Shown: positions 49,477 through 61,387 of the stretch, piece by piece | Position numbering within the stretch: the first letter of the stretch is position 1 | How the letters are laid out: every line of letters begins with the position of its first letter | Source of the DNA: Eledone cirrhosa | Lineage: Eukaryota | Direction: 5' to 3' | Length of the DNA: 64,000 bases | Assembly (NCBI GenBank): GCA_964016885.1 | Contig: OZ024740.1 | Span: forward strand, 240,808,001-240,872,000 | Program-made: the position numbers and the translations under genes | The notes under the pieces: generated by a model | Databases searched by the model: none | Told to the model about the DNA's origin: nothing | What the model saw: the letters and a program-made list of their open reading frames with translations, nothing else

Positions 49477-51567
49477 ATGGCTACGAAAAAGAATTTGCAT
49501 AGGTCACTCCCACTCATTCGGTCTTCATCTTCCTCAATCATCACTACAGCAGAGAGAAGATTGTCTCTCTCCCTCCCTTCTTTAAATGTGTCTCTCTCCC
49601 TCCCTTCTCTTTCGCAAGCGACGAAAGAAAAGAAAAGTCTCGTGCAAAGCGTGCAAGGTTTCTCCACGACGACGACGACAGCGACGAAACAGGTGTGCGG
49701 GAAATACGAAAACCCAGTTCATTCGTCTGATGTCAGGAATAATAGCAGTAGCAGCCGTAATAACAGCAGCAACAGTGACGATGAAAACAACAGTAGCAGC
49801 CGCAACAGCATCACCAGCAGCATAAACAACAACAGCATTAGCAGCAGCAACACCAACAACAACCACAGCAACAGCGGCGAAGGCAGTACTCGTAGTACCT
49901 GCAGCAACAACAAAAGTAACAGCAGCTCTGACGACAACAACAACAACAGCAGCAAAGAAAAACCAATCTCATTTGCAGGTATTGCGAAAAACTTGGAAAC
50001 AATCCTCATAACAAATGAGGAATTAGAGGAAGCGAAGAAGATGGTGACAAAGAATGGACACCGAGCAATCTGCAAGGCAGCGGAAAATTTTTTCGAAACC
50101 CAACAGCACTGTAGGGTCACGTACCGTACAGTAAGTACAAAATCCCGTAGGGTGGAAAGAGCCACAGAGGCCCAAATACAAAAAGCCTTGGGGTCTGTGT
50201 GGCAGCGGAAAACGCACATCACCCGAGGCAAAAAATATGCCACCGTAGACGTACTTTTTGCCACACCCCAGGAGGCAAAGGCCCAATCCGTAGTGACCCT
50301 AAGGAGCGAGGAAATGGTGTTGGTGCCCTCCTACTGCGGGCAAAAAATTGTGAGGGTCAAACTGACCCACGTCCCCCCCGGAATGGCCCCTTCTTGGCTG
50401 GCCGCGTCTGTCCTCGTCAGAATCGAGGACAAAACAACTGTACTGCAAGTACAGAAAAAAGTAAGAGAAGATTGGGTCGGCACCTCCATTGAGATGCTAA
50501 TCCAAACCAACCAGGAGTGCATCGAAGCTATCCCGGATGTGATAGACTTCGATAACGGCACTCAACTGCCCATAAGTCTTGAGGGCAAACGCCCGAAATG
50601 CTTTCGCTGTGGATCGAAGACTCACCTCAGGGCCTTCTGCAACGAGAAGACCCTGAGAAAGGAGAAAACCCCCCTCCTTCCGAAACCGGCTCCACGGCTA
50701 CCAGCAACAGGACAAGCGGCAACCAGGAACGATAGGTCCGTGGCACCCATACCCACGCCACGGAAATCAAAAACAGCAGCAGCAGTGGAAATATTAACAA
50801 CAACAACAGCAATACCAAATGCAGCTGCAACAGAGACTCCAGTGCAAACATCACCAACAACAACAAGTGAAAGAGTGGAGCTGGTACCCCTCCCCGACCT
50901 CACAGAATCAGACATGGAGTGTGAGGTGGGAGAGGGATGGCAAAAGGTCGTAAGAAGGCACAAACGCAGAAGCAGCGCATCGTCGCCTTTGAAAAGGGAG
51001 GAAAGAAATGAGAAAAGGGTAAAGTCTACTGCAAAGAGACCCACAGCAGCAACACCACCAACACCATCACCACCCACACTAGCACCACCGGCGACAACCC
51101 CACCGCCAACACCTTCAACACCACCACCACAAGCACCAACATCGCAAACACAACAACAAAACACACACACCCAGCAACAACGACAAGAAAATAGCAGAAA
51201 CACACCCCACCCCCAGAAAAACAAATGCACGGCAATAAATACACACAACAAGAAACTAATGACTTACATAATTGAACACACAGACATTTCACAACACGAC
51301 TACATAATACCAGCACCAATCAAAACGCCAACTAACATAAGACTGCTAAAAATAGCACAGAAACAATACACAAACATTAAAACGAAATTCCCCAACGTAG
51401 TTGGTGATTTCAGGGACCTAGGAGGAACTATCAATCGAAGAGTATATTCAGACATTCTCTTAAAAGAGCCGACGACCAGCCGAAGGGACAATTCAACGGT
51501 CCCTTCACCAGACGATCAAGTGAAAAGGGATGTAAAAACCATCCCTCCTCTACCAAAAGTACGGTAA
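49477..51567 (+). CDS. LINE ORF1 nucleic-acid-binding protein
   Basis: 696 aa with zinc knuckle CFRCGSKTHLRAFC and Ser/Asn- and Pro/Thr-rich tracts. Confidence 0.85.
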   Translation: MATKKNLHRSLPLIRSSSSSIITTAERRLSLSLPSLNVSLSLPSLSQATKEKKSLVQSVQGFSTTTTTATKQVCGKYENPVHSSDVRNNSSSSRNNSSNSDDENNSSSRNSITSSINNNSISSSNTNNNHSNSGEGSTRSTCSNNKSNSSSDDNNNNSSKEKPISFAGIAKNLETILITNEELEEAKKMVTKNGHRAICKAAENFFETQQHCRVTYRTVSTKSRRVERATEAQIQKALGSVWQRKTHITRGKKYATVDVLFATPQEAKAQSVVTLRSEEMVLVPSYCGQKIVRVKLTHVPPGMAPSWLAASVLVRIEDKTTVLQVQKKVREDWVGTSIEMLIQTNQECIEAIPDVIDFDNGTQLPISLEGKRPKCFRCGSKTHLRAFCNEKTLRKEKTPLLPKPAPRLPATGQAATRNDRSVAPIPTPRKSKTAAAVEILTTTTAIPNAAATETPVQTSPTTTSERVELVPLPDLTESDMECEVGEGWQKVVRRHKRRSSASSPLKREERNEKRVKSTAKRPTAATPPTPSPPTLAPPATTPPPTPSTPPPQAPTSQTQQQNTHTQQQRQENSRNTPHPQKNKCTAINTHNKKLMTYIIEHTDISQHDYIIPAPIKTPTNIRLLKIAQKQYTNIKTKFPNVVGDFRDLGGTINRRVYSDILLKEPTTSRRDNSTVPSPDDQVKRDVKTIPPLPKVR

Positions 51568-51602
51568 GTGGTCTTTCCCATCTTTTCCACTCTATTTTAA
51601 AC

Positions 51603-54600
51603 ATGACCTCACTCAGAATAGGCAGCATAAATGCGCGTGGCTTGGGGTCGTCATGGAAGCAGGGTCACCTGCTCAACGACCTCAGGTCACTAAACATAGA
51701 TGTAGTGGCCATCAGCGAGACCAGAATCTCCGAAGCACGGGCCTTCGCAACGATCTTCGGCGGCTACGATGTGTACGCATCTCCCAGCCGTCCTGGATCG
51801 GGGGGAGGAGTTGCTGTGCTTTTTCGGAGAGGTTTGGATCTCGCCATACGGGCCATCTTCCTGGACCCAGAGGGTAAGCTGGTGGTGTTGGACGTGACCA
51901 GCGGAGACGGGCAAGCTTTCAGGCTAGTGGCCGGCTATGCCCCGACAGGAGCAGGGCGGCCTTATTTCTTCCGGCGTCTGGAGACCTTTCTTGGAACGTC
52001 CCGCTCTTTAGTGTTAGTGGGCGACTGGAACGGGATCTTAGATGCACGCTGGGACTGTGTGGGATTAGCGGATAGGGGTGGAGGGTGCAAGAGCCTCACC
52101 AACCTGCTCAGGCGTTTTGAACTGTCTGACAAATACCGATTGGATTTCCCGAATGCGCCAATGTGGACTTGGACAAATCGCATAGGGTCATCCAGATCAT
52201 ATCTAGATAGAGTATTTTGTAGGGAAATAGATAGGTCTAGCATAGGCTGTCCACAATTCAAGATAGTCAGCTACACGGACCACAAATTCGTGATCTGTGT
52301 GCTTGACTTAGATAGGCTTCATAGACGAGGACCCGGCTACTGGAAGCTAAACGCGTCCTTACCAGAGCGCAAGGCCTACAGAGACCGGATTAGCGAACTA
52401 GTTAAGCGGGCGTTGACGGGGGCCATCGTCAACAACAAGTGGTGGTTTGCTCTGAAAAGAGCGATTAGAATAGAATCGATTAGGTTTAGTAAGGCTTTAG
52501 CAATAGAGAAAAATAGAGCAGAGGGAGAACTAGTTAGAAAATTAGACGAGACGCTTAGCAAAGGCATTGCGACCGACGTGCTTGCGGCGAAATTGGCCCT
52601 TGACCAATTCTTCAATGCAAAGCACGAAGGCTGCGTTGTCAGAGCAAGGTTGCGTGCTCTCAGACACGAGGGGACGAAAGCCGTTCAATGGGCCCGAGTG
52701 GCGGAGGAGCATCGTGGCAACAAAGCCACGATCCGGTCTTTGGTGGACCACGACGGGCGCATGCTACTCGATCCCGGGCAAATGTGTGAAGCTTTTCAGC
52801 GACACTTCGCTCAGCTGTTCGGGGGCAGCGGTGGGCCGGGTCGAGGGATGGACTTTAGTGTCTACCTCGACGGACTGCCGCGGCTCTCGGCCACTGAGGC
52901 GAAGTGTTGCGAAAAGCCGATAACAGCCGCTGAAGTAAGGGAGGCGATGACTGGCTGCACAAGGGGTAAATCGCCTGGTTTGGATGGTCTGCCCTATGAA
53001 CTTTACGTACAGATGCCAGACTTGTTCGGAGGCCTCTTGGCGGACGTCTACTGCAACTGGCAACAGAACGGGAGAATTCCCAGTTCTGTGAGCCGAGGAG
53101 CGGTGGCACTGCTGAGAAAGGATCCGAACAAGGGGGATAACATAGATAATTTCCGGCCCATAACTCTGCTAAACACAGAGTTCAAGATTTTGGCCAAGGT
53201 GCTAGCAAAGAGGTTGGCGCTTGTCGTTGGTGGTCTGGTGGGAGAGGCGCAGACATGCGCCATTCCCGACAGATCCACCCACGACAACCTCCACCTCATG
53301 CGATACATCGTAGAAAGGGTAGCTAAGGAACCTGGCACGGGTGGGTCCTTGATCAATTTAGATCAGTCGAAAGCTTTCGATAGGGTCGACCATCGTTACC
53401 TAGTGGCAGTCCTGAGGGCGGCTGGCTTTGGGCCCGTCTTCAGAGGCTGGATCGCTGCCATGCACAGCGACATCTGCTCTGTGGTGAGAGTGAACGGTCA
53501 CCTGTCGGAACCGTTCAACATCATGCGCTCGGTCCGCCAGGGATGTCCCCTCTCGTCCCTCTTGTACGTATTGACTCTCGAGCCATTACTGCACAAACTG
53601 GAGACGTTGAGGGGCGTCCCGCGCGAACTAGGATGCGGAAGATCCGTGTCAGCATATGCGGACGATGTCACCGTAGTGGTGTCGAACGCCAAACACATCG
53701 AGGCGATCGGCACTACACTAAGAGAATACGAAGCGGTGACAGAAGCAATGATCAACCAGGATACGTCAGTGGGCCTACAGCTCGGCACCTGGAGAGGCAG
53801 GTCCATGCCGTCCAACAGCGTCGTCGGATGCTGGACGGACGGACCGGTTAAATTGCTAGGGGTCTGGTTCGGTCCGGACCTCCAGACGGACAAAAACTGG
53901 GACGAGGTGACGAGCAGGGTGGCTTCTCTCACCCAGAAATGGGCGGAGAGGAAGCTATCCCTGAAAGGTCGAGCGGAGGTGGCTAACGCGTACATCGCGT
54001 CTGTCATCTGCTACCGCCTGACCGTCGTACCTTGTCCTAAGCCCCGCCTGACTGCGCTGGAGCGTTTGTTCTTTCGCTTCTTGTGGAAGGGACGCGCTCC
54101 GATGGTCAGGCGGTCCATCTGCTGTCAACACCCGCTACGTGGAGGGCTGGGCATGCCGTGGCTGATGATGCGCAGACACGCGCTCAGGCTACGACATCTC
54201 CACCTCTTCCTCAACGGTGATCAGGTGTGGTCGCCGTTTGCTAGACACGTATTTCCCCAGCTCGTTTCCTTGACGGAGCTGCAGTCCTGGGTCAAGCGAA
54301 GACCGAGAGGGAGCGCCTGGAGACTGGAATGTCTTCAGGCGCTCACAGCCCTCGACCAATCGGGCAATGTGATCGGTGGAAACTCCACCTCGGCGTTCTA
54401 TTGGGGATTAGTGGAGGGGAAGAGCGACGACGTACTTGGAGAAACTCTCGGCGTCGACGAAAATCAACTAGCCAATCTCTTCGGAAGGACTTTCGAGCCG
54501 GGGCCTATGGACAACTTCCAGAAATCCCTGGCCTGGCAGTGCTACCGAGGAGCTTTGCCAGTTCGGGATAAACTCTACAGGCATGGAGGTGCCGTCAGCC

Positions 54601-55022
54601 GGGCATGTCCGAGATGCGCGCAGGGCGACGAAACCGTCCTGCATGCACTCGTCCAGTGTCCGAGCATTGCTGACTTGTGGGTTTATGTCGAACACCTGCT
54701 GTCACGTGTAGGACGGATCCAGCTATCAGCTGAGTCCATCGTGAGGATTGCCCCTCCCCCTTCCTTTAGCCGGGAAGGGCAGGCAGTTTTTATCTGTCTG
54801 GTGGCCATGGCGAAAGAGATAGTATGGTGGACACGTTTGAAAGGGCTGAAGACGAGCACTTACCTCTTCGGTGATGCCCTGATTAACTTTTTCAAATTTC
54901 ATTTGAAAAGGAAAATCAGGGTAGAGAGGGAAGTGCTCTCTTCCCAGCATTTTGTTGAAAGATGGGTGAGAGAAGCAAGTATGGCCCGAATGAATGGGCC
55001 TTCTCTGAGTATGTGTCTGTAA
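51603..55022 (+). CDS. LINE ORF2: AP endonuclease, reverse transcriptase and CCHC
   Basis: 1139 aa with SINARGL, ISET, GDWN, YTDH, GYWKLN, DQSKAFD, RQGCPLS, YADD and CPRC-X8-H-X4-C. Confidence 0.95.
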   Translation: MTSLRIGSINARGLGSSWKQGHLLNDLRSLNIDVVAISETRISEARAFATIFGGYDVYASPSRPGSGGGVAVLFRRGLDLAIRAIFLDPEGKLVVLDVTSGDGQAFRLVAGYAPTGAGRPYFFRRLETFLGTSRSLVLVGDWNGILDARWDCVGLADRGGGCKSLTNLLRRFELSDKYRLDFPNAPMWTWTNRIGSSRSYLDRVFCREIDRSSIGCPQFKIVSYTDHKFVICVLDLDRLHRRGPGYWKLNASLPERKAYRDRISELVKRALTGAIVNNKWWFALKRAIRIESIRFSKALAIEKNRAEGELVRKLDETLSKGIATDVLAAKLALDQFFNAKHEGCVVRARLRALRHEGTKAVQWARVAEEHRGNKATIRSLVDHDGRMLLDPGQMCEAFQRHFAQLFGGSGGPGRGMDFSVYLDGLPRLSATEAKCCEKPITAAEVREAMTGCTRGKSPGLDGLPYELYVQMPDLFGGLLADVYCNWQQNGRIPSSVSRGAVALLRKDPNKGDNIDNFRPITLLNTEFKILAKVLAKRLALVVGGLVGEAQTCAIPDRSTHDNLHLMRYIVERVAKEPGTGGSLINLDQSKAFDRVDHRYLVAVLRAAGFGPVFRGWIAAMHSDICSVVRVNGHLSEPFNIMRSVRQGCPLSSLLYVLTLEPLLHKLETLRGVPRELGCGRSVSAYADDVTVVVSNAKHIEAIGTTLREYEAVTEAMINQDTSVGLQLGTWRGRSMPSNSVVGCWTDGPVKLLGVWFGPDLQTDKNWDEVTSRVASLTQKWAERKLSLKGRAEVANAYIASVICYRLTVVPCPKPRLTALERLFFRFLWKGRAPMVRRSICCQHPLRGGLGMPWLMMRRHALRLRHLHLFLNGDQVWSPFARHVFPQLVSLTELQSWVKRRPRGSAWRLECLQALTALDQSGNVIGGNSTSAFYWGLVEGKSDDVLGETLGVDENQLANLFGRTFEPGPMDNFQKSLAWQCYRGALPVRDKLYRHGGAVSRACPRCAQGDETVLHALVQCPSIADLWVYVEHLLSRVGRIQLSAESIVRIAPPPSFSREGQAVFICLVAMAKEIVWWTRLKGLKTSTYLFGDALINFFKFHLKRKIRVEREVLSSQHFVERWVREASMARMNGPSLSMCL

Positions 55023-55264
55023 ATTAAAGGTGGAAAACTGGGAGAGGGCACTTGCCCTGGTGGTCAGGGCCACTGTGGTCTTTTAATGGGCTTTCTCCAC
55101 AAATGTCCCTCGGAAGTCTCCCCCCTATTGGGGAATTTTTCTTTGTTATTTTATTTCAACCTCTGTTTTTTTACACGCAGAAATGCCCATTTGTACCGTC
55201 CTGTATTGTCCTGTATTGTCCTTAATGTCTACTTTATGTAAACCCTTGTGGTTAATAAAGAAAA

Positions 55265-55304
<40 letters not shown>

Positions 55305-55385
55305 TTTATTTTTTTGTTTTTTTTCTTCTCGTGCAATGGCCATACCCGATAACGAGGGGGCAGCCATCATATATATATGTATGCA

Positions 55386-56040
55386 TGCTACTGGTAACAT
55401 GTATCCCAGTACAACCTGTCTCATGGTCGGGTCGTTGGCGACTAAACTGGCAACCCCACCAAGGTTTCTAGGTGAGGAGGGTGACTTTGGACATCCTGCA
55501 GGACTAAAAACAAAACCTGTCAAAGGGCAAAGGAGCTCTTAAGAGTCAATGGCCATCCAAAATCACCGGGAGAGATGACCCCTTAGCCTTTGTCAAGGCA
55601 GACTTCTAGGAGAAGGAAAACTCTGATATAACACCTGCAACCTTGATGGTATCCAATGATGTTGACTTGTTCTTCTTTTTGGTAAATATCATCTTGGTTA
55701 AGAGAGTGGGACTGGCTTTGTGCAGTGCCTTTGCTCACTATAAAAGCTTCACGGCACAGGCATTTCTTTATATCTGGAGATCTCTCTGCACTTGTCCTCA
55801 CATGGTACCATGGGCCCAGCACTATGTGTCAATAATTGTCACAACTGTAGTGTTTGTACCAGAGTTTTCAAGTCGCTGGCTGGACTAAAAATTCACACTC
55901 GTTCAGCGCATCGGTAGGGGTTCTCCTACATGGATATAAAGTATTGGCCGTACTCGAAAACGAGTTGGCAGCTACCATGTATGTATGTATGTATGTATGT
56001 ATGTATGTATGTATGTATGTATGTATGTATGTATGTATGT
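55386..56040 (+). mobile_element. Bipartite non-autonomous RTE derivative, copy 2
   Basis: Collinear and highly similar to 36637-37245. Confidence 0.8.
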
Positions 56041-56085
56041 ATATAATATTCACTCCACCACCAGGGTAAGCATATATTGAGCCAA

Positions 56086-59000
56086 ATTTTACTGTGGCAG
56101 AAGATCCAGGATGTGAAATGCCGTGCAAAACAAGAAACACAGTTCGACGATGGTTCAACGGAACAAAAGGGCGTGGCGTATCCAAAGAGACGTTGCAGAG
56201 GATCCGTCCGTCTGTGGTCGGTAATGGTAGGTATTTCATCCTGCAATTCATAAATTCAGGTGATGTAACATCCAACGATTCGAGGTTAGGCTGATCGGCT
56301 GCCAAGCGATTCAAATCTATGTCATCGGACGCCGAGATTGAAGTAATCGATAAACGAGACAGGGCGTCGGCCGCTGTATTCATAGAACCCGGAATATGTT
56401 GAATATCATTAGTAAATTGAGAGATGAGGTCAAGATGTCTAATTTCTCTAGGCGAGTATTTGTCTGCCTTTGCTTGCAAGGCGAATGTCAACGGCTTGTG
56501 GTCCGTGAAGATAGTAAACGTTCCTCCCTCAAGCATGTGCGAAAAATATAAATATATTGCTAGCAACTCCCGTCCAAAGGTGCTGTAGCGGGTTTCGGCA
56601 GGTTTCAGCTTCCTGGAGAAAAATTCCAACGGTTGCTGTTGATCGTTTCTACTTTGCTGCAAAACCGCGCCCGCGGCAGTATCCGACGCATCAACACAAA
56701 GCGAAAGCTTAGCATTGGACACTGGGTGAGCCAGCAAAGATGCATTGGCTAGAACAATTTTCGCGCTCTCAAAATCCTGGAGCTGAGTTTCATTCAAAGA
56801 AATGTCTCTACTTTTCTTTCGGCAATTTTTCAAAACCGCCTATAAAAATTAATCAGCCCCAAGAATTGGCGCAACTGACGAAGTGAGGTTGGTGGAGGCA
56901 AATCCTCTATAGCTTTAACTCTCTCAGGAATAGGTCGAATATTGTCAGCGTCAATGACGTGACCAAAAAAATTCAAAGATTCGGAACCAAAAACACATTT
57001 TGATGGATTAATCCGAACATTGTAATTCTTCAAACGACAAAATAGAAGTTCCAGTTGGCGCAAATGCTGCTCTGGAGAAGAGCTCGCAACAAGAAGGTCA
57101 TCAATGTAGGTGTATACAAAGTCGAGGCCGCGAGTGACCTCATCCATAAAACGCTGGAAGGTGCTAGCAGCATTCCTTAACCCGAAAGGCATGGTGAGAA
57201 ATTCGAAAGATCCAAATGACGTAGTTATAGCCGTTTTCGGGATGTCGTCTCTATTGACAGGAATTTGGTTGTAAGCTCGTATCAAATCGAGCTTCGAAAA
57301 AATGTTGCACCCTTGCAACGAGGATGCAAAATCCTGCAGATGAGGGATAGGATACCGATCCAGTACGGTCATCGAGTTCAATCTTCTATAATCTCCAGTG
57401 GGTCTCCAATCGCCAGAAGATATTGGCACCATATGTAATGGAGATGCCCACGGGCTCGTGGAAGGACGAATAATTCCGAGCTGAAGCATATGATCGAACT
57501 CGGACCCTGCTGCTTTCAATTTTTTCGCTGGCAATCGGCGGGGACGCGAAAAAACCGGAGTGCCAGTTGTAGTAATAAAATGCTCCGTAGCGTGGCCTGG
57601 ATCACTGACTCTACAAATTTAATGAGTCAGTTGCGGGAACGATTTCAACAATCCATGATATGAGTTTCTGGAGTTAGCCATGATAAAGAATGTCGGGCTA
57701 ACTGTAGAAAATTCCGCCGTCCTGCCACAAAGAGAAAAAACAGTAATATCGTCAATCAGGCGTTGTCCACTAGGAAGGCTCTTCCAGACAGGAGGACCTC
57801 AATGAAGAAATGGCGGTTCCGTTGTGTCTCGCAGAGTTCACTTGCCGCCTTTAGTGACTTTGATCCACATTTCCCGCGGCCGAATAATTACACGGAGGCC
57901 GGCAATGATTTGCCTTATCCGCAAAGGTAGCATGATACCAGCACAATGATTGGTTGCTGGCGGGCGAAGTAGTACGCCGACGTGGAGTCGCGAAAGAACG
58001 CGAACGATTCCTAGGCCGCCGGGGATACGGCCTATTCTCCCTGCACAATCGAGCGACTTGCTGCGTCAAAGCGTCAATAGCCTTCAACATGGTATCCTCG
58101 CGTGTTGAGACGGGCTGGTTGAAATGAGAGGAAGCGATACGCCAGTCCGAGGCGGTAGCCTTTTTAGAAAATTCCACGATTCGATCCGTGGAAGCAGCAA
58201 TTTGCTCCAAAGAGCTGATGTCCACTATATTTGCCCAAATAATTTGGACGTTGTTTGGCAGGCGAGAGAAAAATAATTTTTTAATAAAGGAATTATCCTG
58301 TTCAGGCGATTCACTGAGGTGCAAAAATTCGGACGGCGACCTATCGCCTAGACACTCATCCTCCAACAATGAACGAAATCTGCTCTCAGCAGAACGACTG
58401 TTCATTCGAAGAATTTCTTCCCGCAACGAGTCATAAGAAATACTAGCCGACGGGTTCGTAATCAAATCTTTCACTGTTATAGCGAGTGAAGAAGGAATAC
58501 CACTTATCAAAAAGTTGAGCTTTTTCTCGGTTTTCACTTCGTTGGCAGCGAAATAAGCGTCTAGCTGCGCAAACCAGAGTTTAGTATCATATGAGAACGC
58601 AGGCAAACCAGGACCACTCATCGTCAATCTATTACCACATGGACGAATAAAAGTAAATAATGTTCAAAACGATGGGAAAACAGCACAATTTTCCCTAAAC
58701 ATCCATAAAGTTGCCGCAAGCAAAAGAAATTCAGTCACAGTACAAGAAATAGCAGCGAAAATCCAAAAGGTAGAATCTGTGGAACAAGTTAGCCATTATC
58801 AAACAAGATGGTGTCGCATTTCTTCTCCAAAATAAGAATATGGTCGCGTGACGAGGCTAAGCCAACCAGATGGCCGCATTTGAAGAAGAAAGACAATGTG
58901 CGGGAATGTTAGCTGGCCAGTCAGCCATGTTTAAAAAAAAAATTTTTTTCTTTTCTTTTTTTGTGTAAGACAAACAATTTTCAATTTAAAAACGAACGGT

Positions 59001-59417
59001 GAAATTAAGCAGGCTTCATTTTCATATTTAATCGTCGAGGGTCACCACTTTAGGCGGACGATGGTCGTCAGTCATCCCGTCTAATTGGTTATTATTTACT
59101 GACACATAGTCAAACAAGGAATAAAGAACATACCTCAATTTTATGTTATAAAAACATTTTTTATATAGGAGCAATTACAGAATATATACAAATACATTAG
59201 TGCTCCTAGGTTGGGATATATTTAAGTCGTCATATACTGCCGCATGGTGTGATGTCATACTTTGGATCACTGCATGATTATAGCACGTCTATTGTCTCCA
59301 AGCTCTCATTGTCCAAGTGTTATTGTCTCAGCTACTGACGTCAGAACGTGACGTCAGAACTAAGGGCAGTTAATCGACTGCCTTCACAGTCGACGCTAGA
59401 TGGAGTAATCTTCTACA
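56086..59417 (-). mobile_element. CsRn1-lineage Gypsy element, 3'-truncated
   Basis: LTR 59417-59049 (TGTAG...CCTAAA), PBS TGGTGACCC, RT 56830-57534 (YIDD) and RNase H. Protease is largely deleted and the element is cut in the integrase zinc finger. Confidence 0.9.
57851..58627 (-). CDS. Gypsy gag, CHCC type
   Basis: LWFAQLDAYF, LGDRSPSEFL and CWYHATFADKANHCRPPC. Confidence 0.85.
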   Translation of the reverse strand: MTMSGPGLPAFSYDTKLWFAQLDAYFAANEVKTEKKLNFLISGIPSSLAITVKDLITNPSASISYDSLREEILRMNSRSAESRFRSLLEDECLGDRSPSEFLHLSESPEQDNSFIKKLFFSRLPNNVQIIWANIVDISSLEQIAASTDRIVEFSKKATASDWRIASSHFNQPVSTREDTMLKAIDALTQQVARLCRENRPYPRRPRNRSRSFATPRRRTTSPASNQSLCWYHATFADKANHCRPPCNYSAAGNVDQSH

Positions 59418-61296
59418 GACTGTTCTCCGTAGGTCGGAATATGTGAGTGATTCACCGCCTGGAGCCAGACTGGTGTCTCTCTCTCCTTTTTCCAGGAACG
59501 CAGGAAACGGGGATGATGCTGACTTCAGCACCGGTGTCGACCAGGAAACGCGTGCCTGTGACGCGATCCTGAATGAAAAATAGGCGACTTTGGTTATGAG
59601 GGCCAGAAACGTCCGTCGCATTCAGTTTCTGGCTGTGGCGTTTCCCTGATTCGTTTTCGAAACAAATGAACAGGGATGGTTGCACTTTTGCGCTCGTCTC
59701 CCGAATCTTTGGTGGTACCAACACATTTCTGGTGAATCCCGAGATGCGCTCGGACTTCTTGAGCGACCACCAAATCGGCGAGTTCGACTGTTGGACCGAC
59801 ACGTGGCAGAGTTGCCCAGTGACAAGGCTTGAATTTGTTGCGTTAAGGCCTGTATCTGTGTTGCTTGCTGTGCCAATAACTGGTGTAGATCGGGCATCTC
59901 TGTGGCACTGGAGGGCTGAAGGAAAGGATTTGTGGAAGGCACGGCTGGCGTCACATTCGCTAAAGTTGTGTGCGGATGCGGTACCTCCATGATCTTATCT
60001 GCCAGCTCGGCGAGTTCTTCTAAGGTGGTGGACTCCCTGGTGGATGCTAGCACAACTTATGGCAGAAGGCAAACGCTGGAACAAGAGTTGCTTGAAAATT
60101 TCATCCGGGAGTTTATGTTATCCCAGGAGCTGCTTCATTCGCCGTAAGAGTTGTGTCGGCTTTTTATCTCCTAATTCCTCCGATATGAGGAGCCGGTGCA
60201 AGCGCTTCTGCTGCGACTTCGACGTCCTCTTAATTAACGTCGTTTTAAATGTGTCATATGACACAGAGCCGGGTGGTGCTAAAATGAGGTCTCGAACCAC
60301 ATTCATAATCTCCGGAGACATCGAACCGATGACATGTGTGAGACGGGATGCCTCGCTAGCGACCCGGTGCGATGCGAACTGCGCTTCGATGTGCGCGAAC
60401 CACAGTGTTGGATCGTGCACCCAGAATGGTGGAATTCTTAATGTAAATGCCGCCCTGACTGCCATTTCTGCCGCTGATGAATCGTCGTGTGCTAGAGACA
60501 TCGTTTGTAGTGGATGATCAGAAGGTTGTGTGTCTGTTTTACGGGGTCACCAGTTTTAACGGAATATTTGTGTGGTTCTAACGATAAGTGGATGGATGTA
60601 ACTGTTGGTATGGTGGTTTCGGTGTAAAGAAAAATACCAGGATTGTGTTGTTACAAAGTTTATTTTATTATAACAATATTCAATTTGAATATTGAATGAT
60701 AAAATCAATAACACAAAATATTCATACAATAATTTGGTGGCTCTTCGAGCCACGTAAATTCAAGTATCACAGAATACGATTATAATATAATTTGTACTGT
60801 ATCCGAAAGATACAATATGTATACACAGAAATGGTGCGTGTAAAAATGCAAACAGTGTGAACTCACTATGAATGCGTGTGTGCGTATCAGTATATTTGCT
60901 TGTTTGTATTGCAGTAGGAGTTAGCGATCAGCCAGGAAGGTGAGAATAAGTGACAGACTGGTTTTTCGTGACGAGAGCTTGTAAATGCGACTTGTCTTGT
61001 CTGTATATCACTTCTTTTCTGTCGGGGCGTAAACAACCCCTGTATTTATAAGAGTTGAAATTAGAAGGATAGATATATCATCTGAACGTTGGTTAGTCTC
61101 CCAAGGGATTAGTTTGCCAAGCGTAAACAAGTCAGAAAGATGGATATATCCTCTGACCTATTTTCTGTCAGGCGTAAACACCTCTGACCTGTGTTTAGCC
61201 TCTCCCAAGGGGTTATCTCTTGAGCGTAAATAACTTACCACGGCTTGTCCCAGAAGCGGGAAAGCTCAGATTCGGTTTCGAATCTTCGCCGCCGTT

Positions 61297-61301
<5 letters not shown>
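59418..61301 (-). mobile_element. Second CsRn1-lineage Gypsy 5' fragment (LTR, gag, start of protease), interrupted by the preceding element
   Basis: LTR 61301-60554 (TGTATAACGG...CCGTTAAAA), PBS TGGTGACCCCG, IPPFW..DP.LWF, CWYHQRFGRRAQKCNHPC and FLVDTGAEVS. Confidence 0.88.

Positions 61302-61385
<84 letters not shown>

Positions 61386-61387
<2 letters not shown>

Larger units (their letters stand above)
49261..55290 (+). mobile_element. Full-length L1/Tx1-type non-LTR retrotransposon
   Basis: Two intact ORFs, a short 3' UTR with AATAAA, and (ATT)n on both sides. Confidence 0.93.

Noticed and set aside
49582-55073. Antisense and alternative-frame ORFs over the Tx1-type element
   Set aside because: They are shadows of GC-rich or low-complexity coding sequence.
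55868-56833. 321-aa ORF as a novel fusion protein
   Set aside because: It is Gypsy RNase H running by chance into antisense RTE and (TATG)n sequence at a rearrangement junction.
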